60,168 nucleotides of DNA from an uncultured Chloroflexota bacterium (GTDB lineage Bacteria; Chloroflexota; Limnocylindria; P2-11E), in assembly GCA_964609145.1 (NCBI GenBank), contig CAZSRI010000004.1, positions 1-60,168 on the forward strand. The letters are read 5' to 3'. Both the position numbers and the translations under genes were made by a program. Shown here in pieces: positions 51,025 to 60,102 of this stretch (positions are counted from its first letter, which is position 1; every line of letters begins with the position of its first letter). The notes below the pieces were generated by a model. That model did no database searches. It had not been told where the DNA came from and saw nothing but the letters and a program-made list of their open reading frames with translations.

Positions 51025-53120
51025 ACGCGCTGCGGCCGCCGTTCGTCGTCGGGGTCGACGTCGGCGGGACGTTCACGGACGTCGCGCTCCTCGACGCCGG
51101 CGGGCGCGTGCGGATGGCGAAGGCCGCGACGACCCCCGCCGAGCGCTCGAAGGGCGTGCTCGACGCGCTCGAGAACGCCGCCGGGGCGTGCGGCATGAGC
51201 CTCGCGGATCTGCTCGCGAAGACGCGCCGGATCACGCACGGGTCCACTATCGCCACGAACGCGCTCCTTACGCGCGACGGCCCGACGCTCGGCCTCATCA
51301 CGACGCGCGGGTTCGAGGACACCCCCGCGATCATGCGCGCGATCGGCCGCGTCGACGGCCTCTCGGAGGGCGAGGTCCGGCATCCGGCCGCGCTCACGAA
51401 GCCCGTGCCGCTCGTCGATCGCACGCGCATCGAGGGCGTGTACGAGCGGATCGACGTGAAGGGCGCCGTCGTCGTGCCGCTCAAGGACGACGACGTGCTG
51501 CGGGCGCTCGAGCGCCTGGTCGAACGCGAGAAGGTCGGCGGCCTCGCCGTGTCGCTCCTGAACTCGTGGGCGAACGCCGCGCACGAGGAGCGCGTCGCGG
51601 CGCTCCTCGCGGAGCGCTACGGCGCGGATGCGCCCTACCTCGCGGTGAGCAGCCGCCTCGCGCGGGTCGCGGGCGAGTACGCGCGCACGAACACCGCGCT
51701 CGTCGACGCCCTCGTCGGACCCATCGTGCGGCGCTATCTGCGCCGTCTCGAGGACGAGCTGCGCGCCCGCGGATTCACGGGCGACGTGCTCGCGATGCAG
51801 GGCAACGGCGGGCTCGCGCACTCCGGGGAGTGCACGCCCGTCGGGACGCTCCAGTCGGGGCCCGCCGGCGGCATGCTCGCGGCGGCGTACACGGCGACGC
51901 TCCTCGGGCACGACAAGGTGCTGACCGCGGACATGGGCGGGACGTCCTTCGATGTCGGCATCTACGTCGACGGGACCTGGTCGTACGCCGACGAGCCGAT
52001 CTTCGACCGGTTCCGCATCCTCCAGCCGATCATCGAGGTCGACTCGATCGGCGCGGGCGGCGGCACGATCGCGCGGTACGAGGACGCGACGGGGCGTCTC
52101 GTCGTCGGGCCGCGGAGCGCCGGCGCCGACCCGGGCCCCGCCTCCTACGCGATGGGCGGGACCGAGCCGACGGTGACCGACGCGAACGTCGCGCTCGGGG
52201 TCATCGATCCCGCGTACTTCCTCGGTGGCAAGCGCGCGCTCGACGCGAAGCGCGCCCGCGACGCCGTCGCGGGCGTCGGCCGGCGCATCGGGCTCGACGT
52301 GCGCGCCGCGGCCGACGGCATCCGGCGGATCATCGAGGGGAAGATGGCCGATCTCATCCGCCGCCAGGTCATCCGCAGCGGGCATCTCCCCGAGCAGTTC
52401 GTGCTCTACGCGTTCGGGGGCGCGTCGGGGATGCACGCCGCGGCGCTCGCGAAGGAGCTCGGGATCCCCGAGGTGTACGTGTTCCCGACGTCCGCCGTGT
52501 TCTCGGCGTTCGGGATCGCGCTCGCCGACGTCCGCCACACGAAGCTCCTCACGGCGCAGCTCGTCCTGCCCTGCGCGCCTGACGCGCTGAACGGGCCGCT
52601 CGACGCGGTCTCGGGCGAGCTCGTCGCGGTCATGGAGCGCGAGGGGTTCGCGCGAGACCGCGTGCGCCTGCGGCGCTACGCGTCGTGCCGGTATCTCCGC
52701 CAGACGCGCTCCGTCGAGCTCGAGCTCCCGGACGGCGCGCTCGACGCGGCCGCGATCGCGGCGCTCGGGCGCCGCTTCGTCGAGCGCTACGCCGCGCTGT
52801 ACGGGACCGGCGCGGGCGATCCGAACGCGAAGGTCGAGATCAGCGCGCTGCGCGTCGACGCGGTCGGGCCGGTCGCGAAGCCGGAGCTCGCGGCGGCGAT
52901 CGCGGCCGGCGGCGGCGCCACGCCGAAGGGCCGACGCCTCGCGCAGGCCGACGGCAGGTACGCCGAGACCGACGTCTTCGACTGGGAGGCCCTCGGCCCC
53001 GGCGATCGCGTCGCGGGCCCCGCCATCGTCGAGTCGCCGTTCACGACCGTCGTCGTGCCCCCCGGCGCGAGCGCGCGCGTCGATCCGTACCGCGACCTCG
53101 TCATCGAGGTGAAGCGGTGA
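51021..53120 (+). CDS. Hydantoinase A/oxoprolinase/acetone-carboxylase beta-type subunit (HyuA family)
   Basis: ATG at 51021 (ATGA overlap) gives 699 aa. VGVDVGGTFTDVAL, THGSTIATNALL, LTADMGGTSFDV. Confidence 0.9.
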   Translation: MNALRPPFVVGVDVGGTFTDVALLDAGGRVRMAKAATTPAERSKGVLDALENAAGACGMSLADLLAKTRRITHGSTIATNALLTRDGPTLGLITTRGFEDTPAIMRAIGRVDGLSEGEVRHPAALTKPVPLVDRTRIEGVYERIDVKGAVVVPLKDDDVLRALERLVEREKVGGLAVSLLNSWANAAHEERVAALLAERYGADAPYLAVSSRLARVAGEYARTNTALVDALVGPIVRRYLRRLEDELRARGFTGDVLAMQGNGGLAHSGECTPVGTLQSGPAGGMLAAAYTATLLGHDKVLTADMGGTSFDVGIYVDGTWSYADEPIFDRFRILQPIIEVDSIGAGGGTIARYEDATGRLVVGPRSAGADPGPASYAMGGTEPTVTDANVALGVIDPAYFLGGKRALDAKRARDAVAGVGRRIGLDVRAAADGIRRIIEGKMADLIRRQVIRSGHLPEQFVLYAFGGASGMHAAALAKELGIPEVYVFPTSAVFSAFGIALADVRHTKLLTAQLVLPCAPDALNGPLDAVSGELVAVMEREGFARDRVRLRRYASCRYLRQTRSVELELPDGALDAAAIAALGRRFVERYAALYGTGAGDPNAKVEISALRVDAVGPVAKPELAAAIAAGGGATPKGRRLAQADGRYAETDVFDWEALGPGDRVAGPAIVESPFTTVVVPPGASARVDPYRDLVIEVKR

Positions 53121-55351
53121 GCGTCCTGGACCCCGTCCGCTACGAGATCCTCCGCCATCGCCTCTGGGTGATCGGCGAGGAAGGCCGCACCGCGCTGCAG
53201 CAGGTGTCGGCGTCACCGATCGTCGTGCAGGGCGGCGAATGCATGCAGTCCTTCTACGACCCCGACGGGCGCATGGTGCTCGCGTGCTCGGGCCACCTGC
53301 GCTTCGCCGCGGCGACGAGCGACGCGATCAAGATGCTCATCGCCGAGTTCGGCGCCTCGCCCGGCTTTTTCGACGGCGACCAGGTCTTCCACAACGACCC
53401 GTACGTCGCGGGATCGCACACGTACGACCAGATGGTCGTGAAGCCGATCTTCGCCGGTGGGCGGCGGATCATGTGGACCGCGTCGTCGTCGCACACCGCG
53501 GACACCGGCGGCCTCCTGCGCGGGACGGCGACCGAGATCTACCACGAGGGCCTGCGCGTCCGCGCGCTGAAGGTCGTCGAGCGGGGCGTCTACCGCGACG
53601 ACGTCTCCCGCTCGATCGTCGAGCAGTGCCGCGACCCGTACTACGTCGAGCTCGACCTCCGCTCGCGCGTCGCCGCGAACAACGTGAGCACCGCGCGCGT
53701 GGCGCGGCTCGTCGAGCAGTTCGGCCTCGAGTTCGTCGAGGCGGCGTGCCGGAAGATGATCGACGACAGCGAGCAGCTCGCGCGCGAGAAGCTCCGCGCG
53801 CTGCCGGACGGCGTGTGGCGCTCGCGCGCGTACGCGAACGGCCTGCGCGACGCGAAGCCGTTCGAGATCCGCTGCGAGATGACGAAGGACGGCGACGAGC
53901 TCACCATCGACCTCGCCGGCACGAGCCCGCAGCAGCACGACGACCAGAACTCGACGCTGCCGTCGTCGACGGCGCACATCGCTCTCGCGCTCACGAACAT
54001 GCTCTTCTGGGACGTGCCCTGGAGCGACGGCAAGATGGCGCCCGTTCACGTTCGCATCCCGGAGGGCTCGATCCTCAACGCGCGCTTCCCCGCGGCATGC
54101 GGCGGGGCGCCGCGCGTCGGGCAGGTCCTCGTCTCGGCGGTCACCGAGTGCGTCGCGAAGATGCTGTACGCCGCGGGACGCTTCGACGACGTGAACGCGG
54201 GATGGCAGGGTCTCTGGTACCAGGGCGGCCCCGGCTTCTTCTACGGCGGGCACGGCCGCGACGGGATCCCCATCGCGCAGGGGCTGTACGACATCCACGG
54301 CGGCGGGTTCGGCGCGACGCCGCTCCGCGACGGCGTCGACACGGGCGGGCACGCGAACATCCCGACGGGCGGCATCAGCGACGTCGAGCGGATCGAGCTC
54401 CAGTACCCGTTCCTCTACTTCGCGCGCTCGCACAACGTGGACGGCGCGGGCTACGGCGCGCACCGCGGCGGCGCCGGCAGCCAGCGCGTCTACCTGGTCG
54501 AGGGGTCGGACGACGTGAGCGTCGACTTCCGTCCGTACGGCGGCATCCCGAACGGCGGGTTCGGCCTCTTCGGCGGGTACCCGTCCGGGACGAGCGGGCT
54601 CCGCGCGATCCTCCGCACCGACCCCGCGGGCGTCCGCGCGCGGATCGCCGAGGGCGCCTACCCGACGTCGGGGCGCGAGGCCGTCGCCAACGGGTGGGGC
54701 GAGGTCTTCGCGCCCGAGGGCGCGCGCGGCCGCGTGCCGCTGCCGGAGGGATGGATCGTGAGCGACTTCGTCCAGAACGGCGGCGGCTTCGGCGACCCGA
54801 TCGACCGCGCTCCCGACGCGGTCGCGCGCGACGTCGCGGCCGGGATCTACTCGGTGGCGACGGCCGAGCGCATCTTCGGCGTCGCGCTCGTCCGCGGATC
54901 CGTCGATGCGGGGCGCACGCGCGTGCTGCGGGACGCGATCCGCGAGCGACGGCGGCGCGACGGAAGGCCGCTCGACGGCGTCGCCGAGCGCACGCTTCCC
55001 GCGGACGAGGCCGTCGCGACGCCGCACGCCGTCGTGGACGTGGTGCGCGCGGGCGCGGGGGCGCGCTGGCGGTGCCGGCGCTGCCGCCGCGATCTCGGCG
55101 ACGCGCGCGCGAACTACAAGCGCGGCACGCTCCGGATCGCGCAGCCGCTCGCCGACGCCGCCGTCATCCCGCTCCCCGCCGGCGAGTTCATCGGGGAGCT
55201 CCACCTGTACTGCTGCCCGGGATGCCTGACGCTCCTCCAGGTGGACGTGTACTGCCCGGCCGTCGGGGGCGAGACCGATCTGTGGGACATCGAGCCCGCG
55301 ATCTCGCTCGCGACGAGCGGTCGGCCCGCGCATGTGGCGGCACGGGCATGA
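53117..55351 (+). CDS. Hydantoinase B/acetone-carboxylase alpha-type subunit (HyuB family) fused to an acetone-carboxylase-gamma-like Cys4 domain
   Basis: GTG at 53117 (GTGA overlap) gives 744 aa. DPVRYEILRHRL, NDPYVAGSHTYD, GGFGDPIDR. The C-terminal ~120 aa carry WRCRRCRRDLGD...NYKRG...LHLYCCPGCLTLLQVDVYCP....DLWDIEP, the pattern of the small gamma subunit. Confidence 0.85.
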   Translation: MSVLDPVRYEILRHRLWVIGEEGRTALQQVSASPIVVQGGECMQSFYDPDGRMVLACSGHLRFAAATSDAIKMLIAEFGASPGFFDGDQVFHNDPYVAGSHTYDQMVVKPIFAGGRRIMWTASSSHTADTGGLLRGTATEIYHEGLRVRALKVVERGVYRDDVSRSIVEQCRDPYYVELDLRSRVAANNVSTARVARLVEQFGLEFVEAACRKMIDDSEQLAREKLRALPDGVWRSRAYANGLRDAKPFEIRCEMTKDGDELTIDLAGTSPQQHDDQNSTLPSSTAHIALALTNMLFWDVPWSDGKMAPVHVRIPEGSILNARFPAACGGAPRVGQVLVSAVTECVAKMLYAAGRFDDVNAGWQGLWYQGGPGFFYGGHGRDGIPIAQGLYDIHGGGFGATPLRDGVDTGGHANIPTGGISDVERIELQYPFLYFARSHNVDGAGYGAHRGGAGSQRVYLVEGSDDVSVDFRPYGGIPNGGFGLFGGYPSGTSGLRAILRTDPAGVRARIAEGAYPTSGREAVANGWGEVFAPEGARGRVPLPEGWIVSDFVQNGGGFGDPIDRAPDAVARDVAAGIYSVATAERIFGVALVRGSVDAGRTRVLRDAIRERRRRDGRPLDGVAERTLPADEAVATPHAVVDVVRAGAGARWRCRRCRRDLGDARANYKRGTLRIAQPLADAAVIPLPAGEFIGELHLYCCPGCLTLLQVDVYCPAVGGETDLWDIEPAISLATSGRPAHVAARA

Positions 55352-56490
55352 CCGGTGCGCTCGAGGGCGTCCGCGTGATCGAGGTCGCGTCCTACGTGAC
55401 GGGCCCGTACGCGGCGATGCTCCTCGGCGACCTCGGCGCGGACGTCGTGAAGGTCGAGGAGCCCGGGGAGGGCGATCCGTTCCGCGGCTGGGAGAACGAG
55501 CGCTACAGCCCGACGTTCCTCGGCCTGAACCGCAACAAGCGGAGCGTCGAGCTCGACCTGCGGAGCGGCGAAGGGAAGGACGTGCTCCGCGAGCTGCTGC
55601 GCACGGCCGACGTGCTCGTCGAGAACCACCGTCCCGGGGTCATGGACCGCATGGGGTTCGGATACGACGACGTGCGCGTCGTGAACGCGCGGCTCGTGTA
55701 CTGCGCGATCAGCGGCTTCGGGCCGGGGGGCCCCGACCGCGATCTTCCCGGCTACGACACCGTCGGCCAGGCGCGCAGCGGCCTCCTCGGGATGCTCACC
55801 GACATGGACGACCCGAAGGCGATGGGCGTGTCCCTCGCGGACCACCTCACCGGCCTCATGGCCGCGTACGGCGTGCTCGGCGCGCTCGTCGCGCGCGAGC
55901 GCACGGGCGAGGGGCAGAAGGTGGAGACGTCCCTTCTCCAGGCGTGCCTGTCGTTCCTCGCCGAGAACGCCGCGCGCTACCTCGCGTCGGGCGAGGTCCC
56001 GGACCGCGCGACGCGCACCCGCCTCGCGCAGGTGTTCGCGTTCAAGGCCGGCGACGGGCTGCCGTTCGTCGTGCACCTCAGCTCGCCCCCGAAGTTCTGG
56101 GAGGGGCTTCTCGCGGCGATCGCGCGTCCCGAGCTCGCGAGCGACCCGCGCTTCGCGAAGCGGCCCGACCGCATCGCGCACCACGGCGAGCTCGTCGCGG
56201 CGCTCGCGGACACGTTCGCGACCGCGCCGCGCGAGACGTGGCTCGAACGCCTGCGCGCGCGCGACGTGCCGTGCGCGCCGATCGCGACGCTGAAGGAGGT
56301 GTTTGACGATCCGCAGGTGCGCCACCTCGGGCTCGCCGCGCGGGTCGCGCATCCGCAGCGCGGCGACGTCCACGTCGTCGCGCCCGGCGTGACGCTCGAG
56401 CGCACCCCCGCGGCGGTCCGGCGCGCCCCGCCCGTCCTCGGCGAGCACACCGCCGAGGTCCTCGACGAGACCCGGACGAAGCGGCGATGA
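55348..56490 (+). CDS. Family III CoA-transferase (CaiB/BaiF/Frc family)
   Basis: ATG at 55348 (ATGA overlap) gives 380 aa. LEGVRVIEVASYVTGPYAAMLLGDLGADVVKVE, ENHRPGVMDRMG, GYDTVGQA. Confidence 0.9.
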   Translation: MTGALEGVRVIEVASYVTGPYAAMLLGDLGADVVKVEEPGEGDPFRGWENERYSPTFLGLNRNKRSVELDLRSGEGKDVLRELLRTADVLVENHRPGVMDRMGFGYDDVRVVNARLVYCAISGFGPGGPDRDLPGYDTVGQARSGLLGMLTDMDDPKAMGVSLADHLTGLMAAYGVLGALVARERTGEGQKVETSLLQACLSFLAENAARYLASGEVPDRATRTRLAQVFAFKAGDGLPFVVHLSSPPKFWEGLLAAIARPELASDPRFAKRPDRIAHHGELVAALADTFATAPRETWLERLRARDVPCAPIATLKEVFDDPQVRHLGLAARVAHPQRGDVHVVAPGVTLERTPAAVRRAPPVLGEHTAEVLDETRTKRR

Positions 56491-57695
56491 GCGCGGTCGC
56501 GAGCGCGGCGAGCCTGCCTACGGAGCGCGCACGGCGCCTGCGTGACCGCTACGCGATCGTCGGCGTCGGCGCGAGCCGCATCGGCAAGGTGCCGGACCGC
56601 ACGGCGATCGGGCTCCTCGCCGAGGCGATGGTGAATGCCGTCGAGGACGCGGGGCTCAGCAAGACCGACGTCGACGCGATCGTCTCGCGTGGCCCCGACG
56701 AGGTGTACACGCATCACCAGCGCGTCGGGCAGATGCTCGGGATCGACGCGCAGTTCAGCACGACGGTCGACAACGGCGGGGCGAGCCAGATCCTCTCGAT
56801 CGTCCTCGCCGTGCTCGCGATCGACGCGGGGCTCTGCGAGGTCGCCGTCTGCGGCTACGGCCGCGACTCGTGGTCGCGCACGCACCGCACCGAGGAGCGC
56901 CGCGAAGCGGTGTGGCTCGTCGAGGGACAGGAGCGGCGCGAGTTCGAGCAGGAGTTCGGCCTCTTCGGCGCGACGGCGATGCACGCGTTCGGCGCGCGCC
57001 GGCACATGGCGCGGTACGGCACGATGAAGGAGCAGCTCGGCGCGGTCGCGATCGCGTTCCGCGAACACGCCTCGCGCAACGAGCACGCGTACCTGCGCGA
57101 GCCGCTCACGATGGACGAGTACCTGAATGCACGTCCGATCGTCGACCCCTTCGGACTCTACGACTGCAGCGTGCCGGTGGACGGCGCCGGCGCGGTCGTC
57201 GTCACGAGCGTCGAGCGCGCGAAGGACCTGCGCCGCCCGCTCGTGACCATCAAGGGGTTCGGCACCTTCAACAACCTGCGCGGCTGGTCGGCCGACGAGC
57301 ACATGGTCGAGACCGCCGCGGTCGAGAGCGCGAAGAAGGCGTACGCGATGGCAGGGCTCGGCCCGTCGGAGGTGGACACGGCGCAGATCTACGACTGCTT
57401 CACCTCGATGGTGATCGCGCAGCTCGAGGACTACGGCTTCTGCGCGAAGGGCGAGGGCGGGCCGTTCGCGGCGTCGGGGGCACTGCGGATGGACGGCGTG
57501 CTCCCGTGCAATACGTCCGGGGGGCAGCTCTCGGAGGGGCACGTCGAGGGGATGCTGCAGATCGTCGAAGCCGTGCGGCAGCTGCGCGGCGATCTTCCCG
57601 CGGAGCGCCGGGTGCCCGGCTGCGAGGTCGCGCTCGTGAGCGGGCACGGCGGCAACACCGTGTGCCACTCCTCGCTCATCCTGGGACGCGGATGA
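56487..57695 (+). CDS. Thiolase-fold protein of the SCP-x/'lipid-transfer protein' type (normally partnered with a DUF35 protein)
   Basis: 402-aa ORF. YAIVGVGASRIGK, QIYDCFTSMVIAQLEDYGFC, CNTSGGQLSEGH, VSGHGG. Confidence 0.85.
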   Translation: MSAVASAASLPTERARRLRDRYAIVGVGASRIGKVPDRTAIGLLAEAMVNAVEDAGLSKTDVDAIVSRGPDEVYTHHQRVGQMLGIDAQFSTTVDNGGASQILSIVLAVLAIDAGLCEVAVCGYGRDSWSRTHRTEERREAVWLVEGQERREFEQEFGLFGATAMHAFGARRHMARYGTMKEQLGAVAIAFREHASRNEHAYLREPLTMDEYLNARPIVDPFGLYDCSVPVDGAGAVVVTSVERAKDLRRPLVTIKGFGTFNNLRGWSADEHMVETAAVESAKKAYAMAGLGPSEVDTAQIYDCFTSMVIAQLEDYGFCAKGEGGPFAASGALRMDGVLPCNTSGGQLSEGHVEGMLQIVEAVRQLRGDLPAERRVPGCEVALVSGHGGNTVCHSSLILGRG

Positions 57696-58492
57696 GCGCA
57701 CACGACGTACGAACGGCGGGCGGCGTGACGATCCACACGTTCGCACCCGACGGCGCCGGGCGCGCGCCAGCGCTCATGTTCCTGCACGAGCGCTACGGCC
57801 TCCAGCAGCACACGCTCGACCTCTGCGAGAAGGCCGCACGCGACGGCTTGGTCGGCGTCGCGCCGGACCTCTTCTCGAGATGGGAGGGCGACAGGGACGC
57901 GCTCGCGGTGGGGACGATCCGCGTGCTCCTGCCCGACCGTGACGTCGCCGGGACGCTCGGGACGACGATCGAGATGCTGAAGCGGGACGAGCGCGTCGAC
58001 CCTGCCCGGATCGTCGTCGTCGGCGTGTGCCAGAGCGGGCGGTACGCGATCGTCACCGCGAGCGAGCGGCGCGACGTCGCGGCGATCGTCGTCCTCTACG
58101 GCGCGGCGCAGGACCGCGACTGGGAGGTCACGGCGAGCCAGCCGCGCGGGATGGGGGAGATGATCGCGGACCTGCGCGTGCCGTCGCTCCTCCTGTACGG
58201 CGAGGCCGACCACACGATCTCGCTCCCGATGGTCCGGCGCATGCGCGACGCGTACGAGGACGCGCGGCGCTCGTATCGCATGCGCGTCTTCGCCGGGATG
58301 CCGCACGGCTGGCTGAACGACACGATGCCCGGGCGCTACCGGCCGAAGGAGGCCGCCGAGGCGTGGGCGACGATCGGGTCGTTCACGCGCGAGGTCTTCG
58401 CGGGCGTGTGGCCCGCCGACCGCGTGCGCTGGGAGTTCCTCGCGGACAGCGCGGTCGACTACGACTTCACGAGGAACGTGCGGTACGAATGA
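57692..58492 (+). CDS. Dienelactone hydrolase-family alpha/beta hydrolase
   Basis: ATG at 57692 (ATGA overlap) gives 266 aa. LMFLHERYGL, nucleophile elbow VGVCQSGRY (Cys nucleophile, as in DLH), LLLYGEADH, MPHGW. Confidence 0.8.
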   Translation: MSAHDVRTAGGVTIHTFAPDGAGRAPALMFLHERYGLQQHTLDLCEKAARDGLVGVAPDLFSRWEGDRDALAVGTIRVLLPDRDVAGTLGTTIEMLKRDERVDPARIVVVGVCQSGRYAIVTASERRDVAAIVVLYGAAQDRDWEVTASQPRGMGEMIADLRVPSLLLYGEADHTISLPMVRRMRDAYEDARRSYRMRVFAGMPHGWLNDTMPGRYRPKEAAEAWATIGSFTREVFAGVWPADRVRWEFLADSAVDYDFTRNVRYE

Positions 58493-58896
58493 GCGCGCCG
58501 ATGCCGCCGCTGCCGCAACCGACGGTCGACTCGCAGCCGTTCTGGGACGGCGTCGCGCGCGGCGAGCTGCTCCTCCAGCGCTGCGCGAACGGCCACCGCT
58601 GGTTCCCGCCGGGGCCGCTCTGCCCGGAATGCTGGTCGCGCGAGTGGACGTGCGTGAAGGCGAGCGGCCGCGGGACGATCCACTCGTTCGTCACGTTCCG
58701 CCGCTCGTACCACCCCGCCTACCGCGATCGGCTGCCGTACGTGGTCGCGATCGTCGAGCTCGAGGAGGGGCCTCGCTTCACGACGCGCCTCGTCGACGTC
58801 GATCCCGACGACGTCCGCGTCGGCATGCCGGTCACGCTCGAGATCGCTCACGTCGCGGGCGTGCCGCTCCCGCTCTTCACCGTTCCCCGGTCGTGA
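58489..58896 (+). CDS. DUF35 OB-fold/zinc-ribbon protein (thiolase partner)
   Basis: ATG at 58489 (ATGA overlap) gives 135 aa. FWDGVARGELLLQRCANGHRWFPPGPLCPECWS...GTIHSFV...YVVAIVELEEGPRFTTRLV. Confidence 0.8.
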   Translation: MSAPMPPLPQPTVDSQPFWDGVARGELLLQRCANGHRWFPPGPLCPECWSREWTCVKASGRGTIHSFVTFRRSYHPAYRDRLPYVVAIVELEEGPRFTTRLVDVDPDDVRVGMPVTLEIAHVAGVPLPLFTVPRS

Positions 58897-58909
58897 TACC
58901 AGACCGCCC

Positions 58910-60073
58910 TCACGGCCAAAGCGCGTCGCCCTCCACCGCATCGAGGAAGCGCTGCAGCGGCCACACGTCGACCCCGTCCTCCGTTCTCAACATGCGCTCG
59001 CCGAGGTAGACGAGGACACGGCGGGTCAGGCCCTTCAGGTCGGCGATCGCCCGAAGGCCGGCGAGCTGGCCGGTCGCGAAGCGCGGGCTGGCCTTCACCT
59101 CGATCGCTAGATACGCGCGTCCACGTCGGAGAAGGAAGTCGACCTCGGTCTGGGTCGCGTCCAGCGGCGCCCAGTACGCGACGTCGTCGTACAGCTCCTC
59201 GGCCTCGTTGTGCGCCCGCAACACGGTGAGGACCCATCCCTCGAGCAACGAGCCGCGCTCGCCGGCACCGACGCTGCCGAGGTCGCGCCGCGCGGCCCTC
59301 ACGAGCCCCGGGTCGACCCAGTAGAGCTTCGGATGGCGCCGCTCGCGTACACGTAGCCGAGACTCGAACGCCTGCAGCAGCGTCGCGAGCAGCGTGTCCT
59401 CGAGGATGCCCACGTACCCCTCGACCGTCTTTCGCGCCGCTGCGGCGTCGCGCGCGAGGCCCGAGAGGTTGATCACCTGTCCGTGGAACAACGCTGCGAC
59501 CGGAAGGAAGCGCAGGAACGCCGGCAGGTTCCGCACCTGCGCCTCCGCTCGGATCTCCTCGCGCACGTAGAGGTCCACGTACGCCTCGAGCGTCGCCCGT
59601 GGATCCTCCGCGTGCCAGACAAGCGGGATGCTCCCGTAGCGCAGGACGCGCTCGAGGTCGAAGTCGTCGTCGAGCTCGGCCGGCACGAGCGGGTACATCG
59701 TCCGCACGACGGCGCGACCGGCGAGAAGGTTCGTCCCTGCGGTCTTCAGGCGTCGCGCACTCGACCCCAGCAGGACGAAGCGGCGCCGGTCCCGCTCGAT
59801 CGCGCGATGAACCTCGTTCAGCAGCGCGGGAGCGCGCTGGACCTCGTCCAGGACGACGACGCGCTCCGCCGGAAGAGCCCGCAGCTCTGCGGCGAGCGAG
59901 CCGGGGTCGGCGACGAGCTGCTGGTAGCGCGACTCGTCGAGCAAGTCGACGACGTGCGCACGGGGGAACGCTTCGTGCGTCCATGTCGTCTTACCGACGC
60001 CGCGCACACCGAACAGGAAGAAGCTCCCCTTGGGTGGGCTGAGCAGACGGCGGTACGCCCGGCTTGCAACCAC
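58910..60073 (-). CDS. AAA+ ATPase with a DUF4143-like C-terminal domain
   Basis: 387-aa ORF (GTG start). Walker A GVRGVGKTT, Walker B VVVLDEVQ, then YVREEI...FLRFLP...KLYWVDPGL...EVDFLL, typical of the AAA_14/DUF4143 family. Confidence 0.85.
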   Translation of the reverse strand: MVASRAYRRLLSPPKGSFFLFGVRGVGKTTWTHEAFPRAHVVDLLDESRYQQLVADPGSLAAELRALPAERVVVLDEVQRAPALLNEVHRAIERDRRRFVLLGSSARRLKTAGTNLLAGRAVVRTMYPLVPAELDDDFDLERVLRYGSIPLVWHAEDPRATLEAYVDLYVREEIRAEAQVRNLPAFLRFLPVAALFHGQVINLSGLARDAAAARKTVEGYVGILEDTLLATLLQAFESRLRVRERRHPKLYWVDPGLVRAARRDLGSVGAGERGSLLEGWVLTVLRAHNEAEELYDDVAYWAPLDATQTEVDFLLRRGRAYLAIEVKASPRFATGQLAGLRAIADLKGLTRRVLVYLGERMLRTEDGVDVWPLQRFLDAVEGDALWP

Positions 60074-60102
60074 GCCGCCATTTTACGCCGCAAAATGGCG
60101 GC
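60074..60102. other. Perfect 11-bp inverted repeat GCCGCCATTTT-acgccgc-AAAATGGCGGC abutting the ATPase start codon
   Basis: Read directly from the sequence. It has an A/T-rich core in an otherwise G/C-rich region and no flanking T-run on either strand. Confidence 0.6.
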
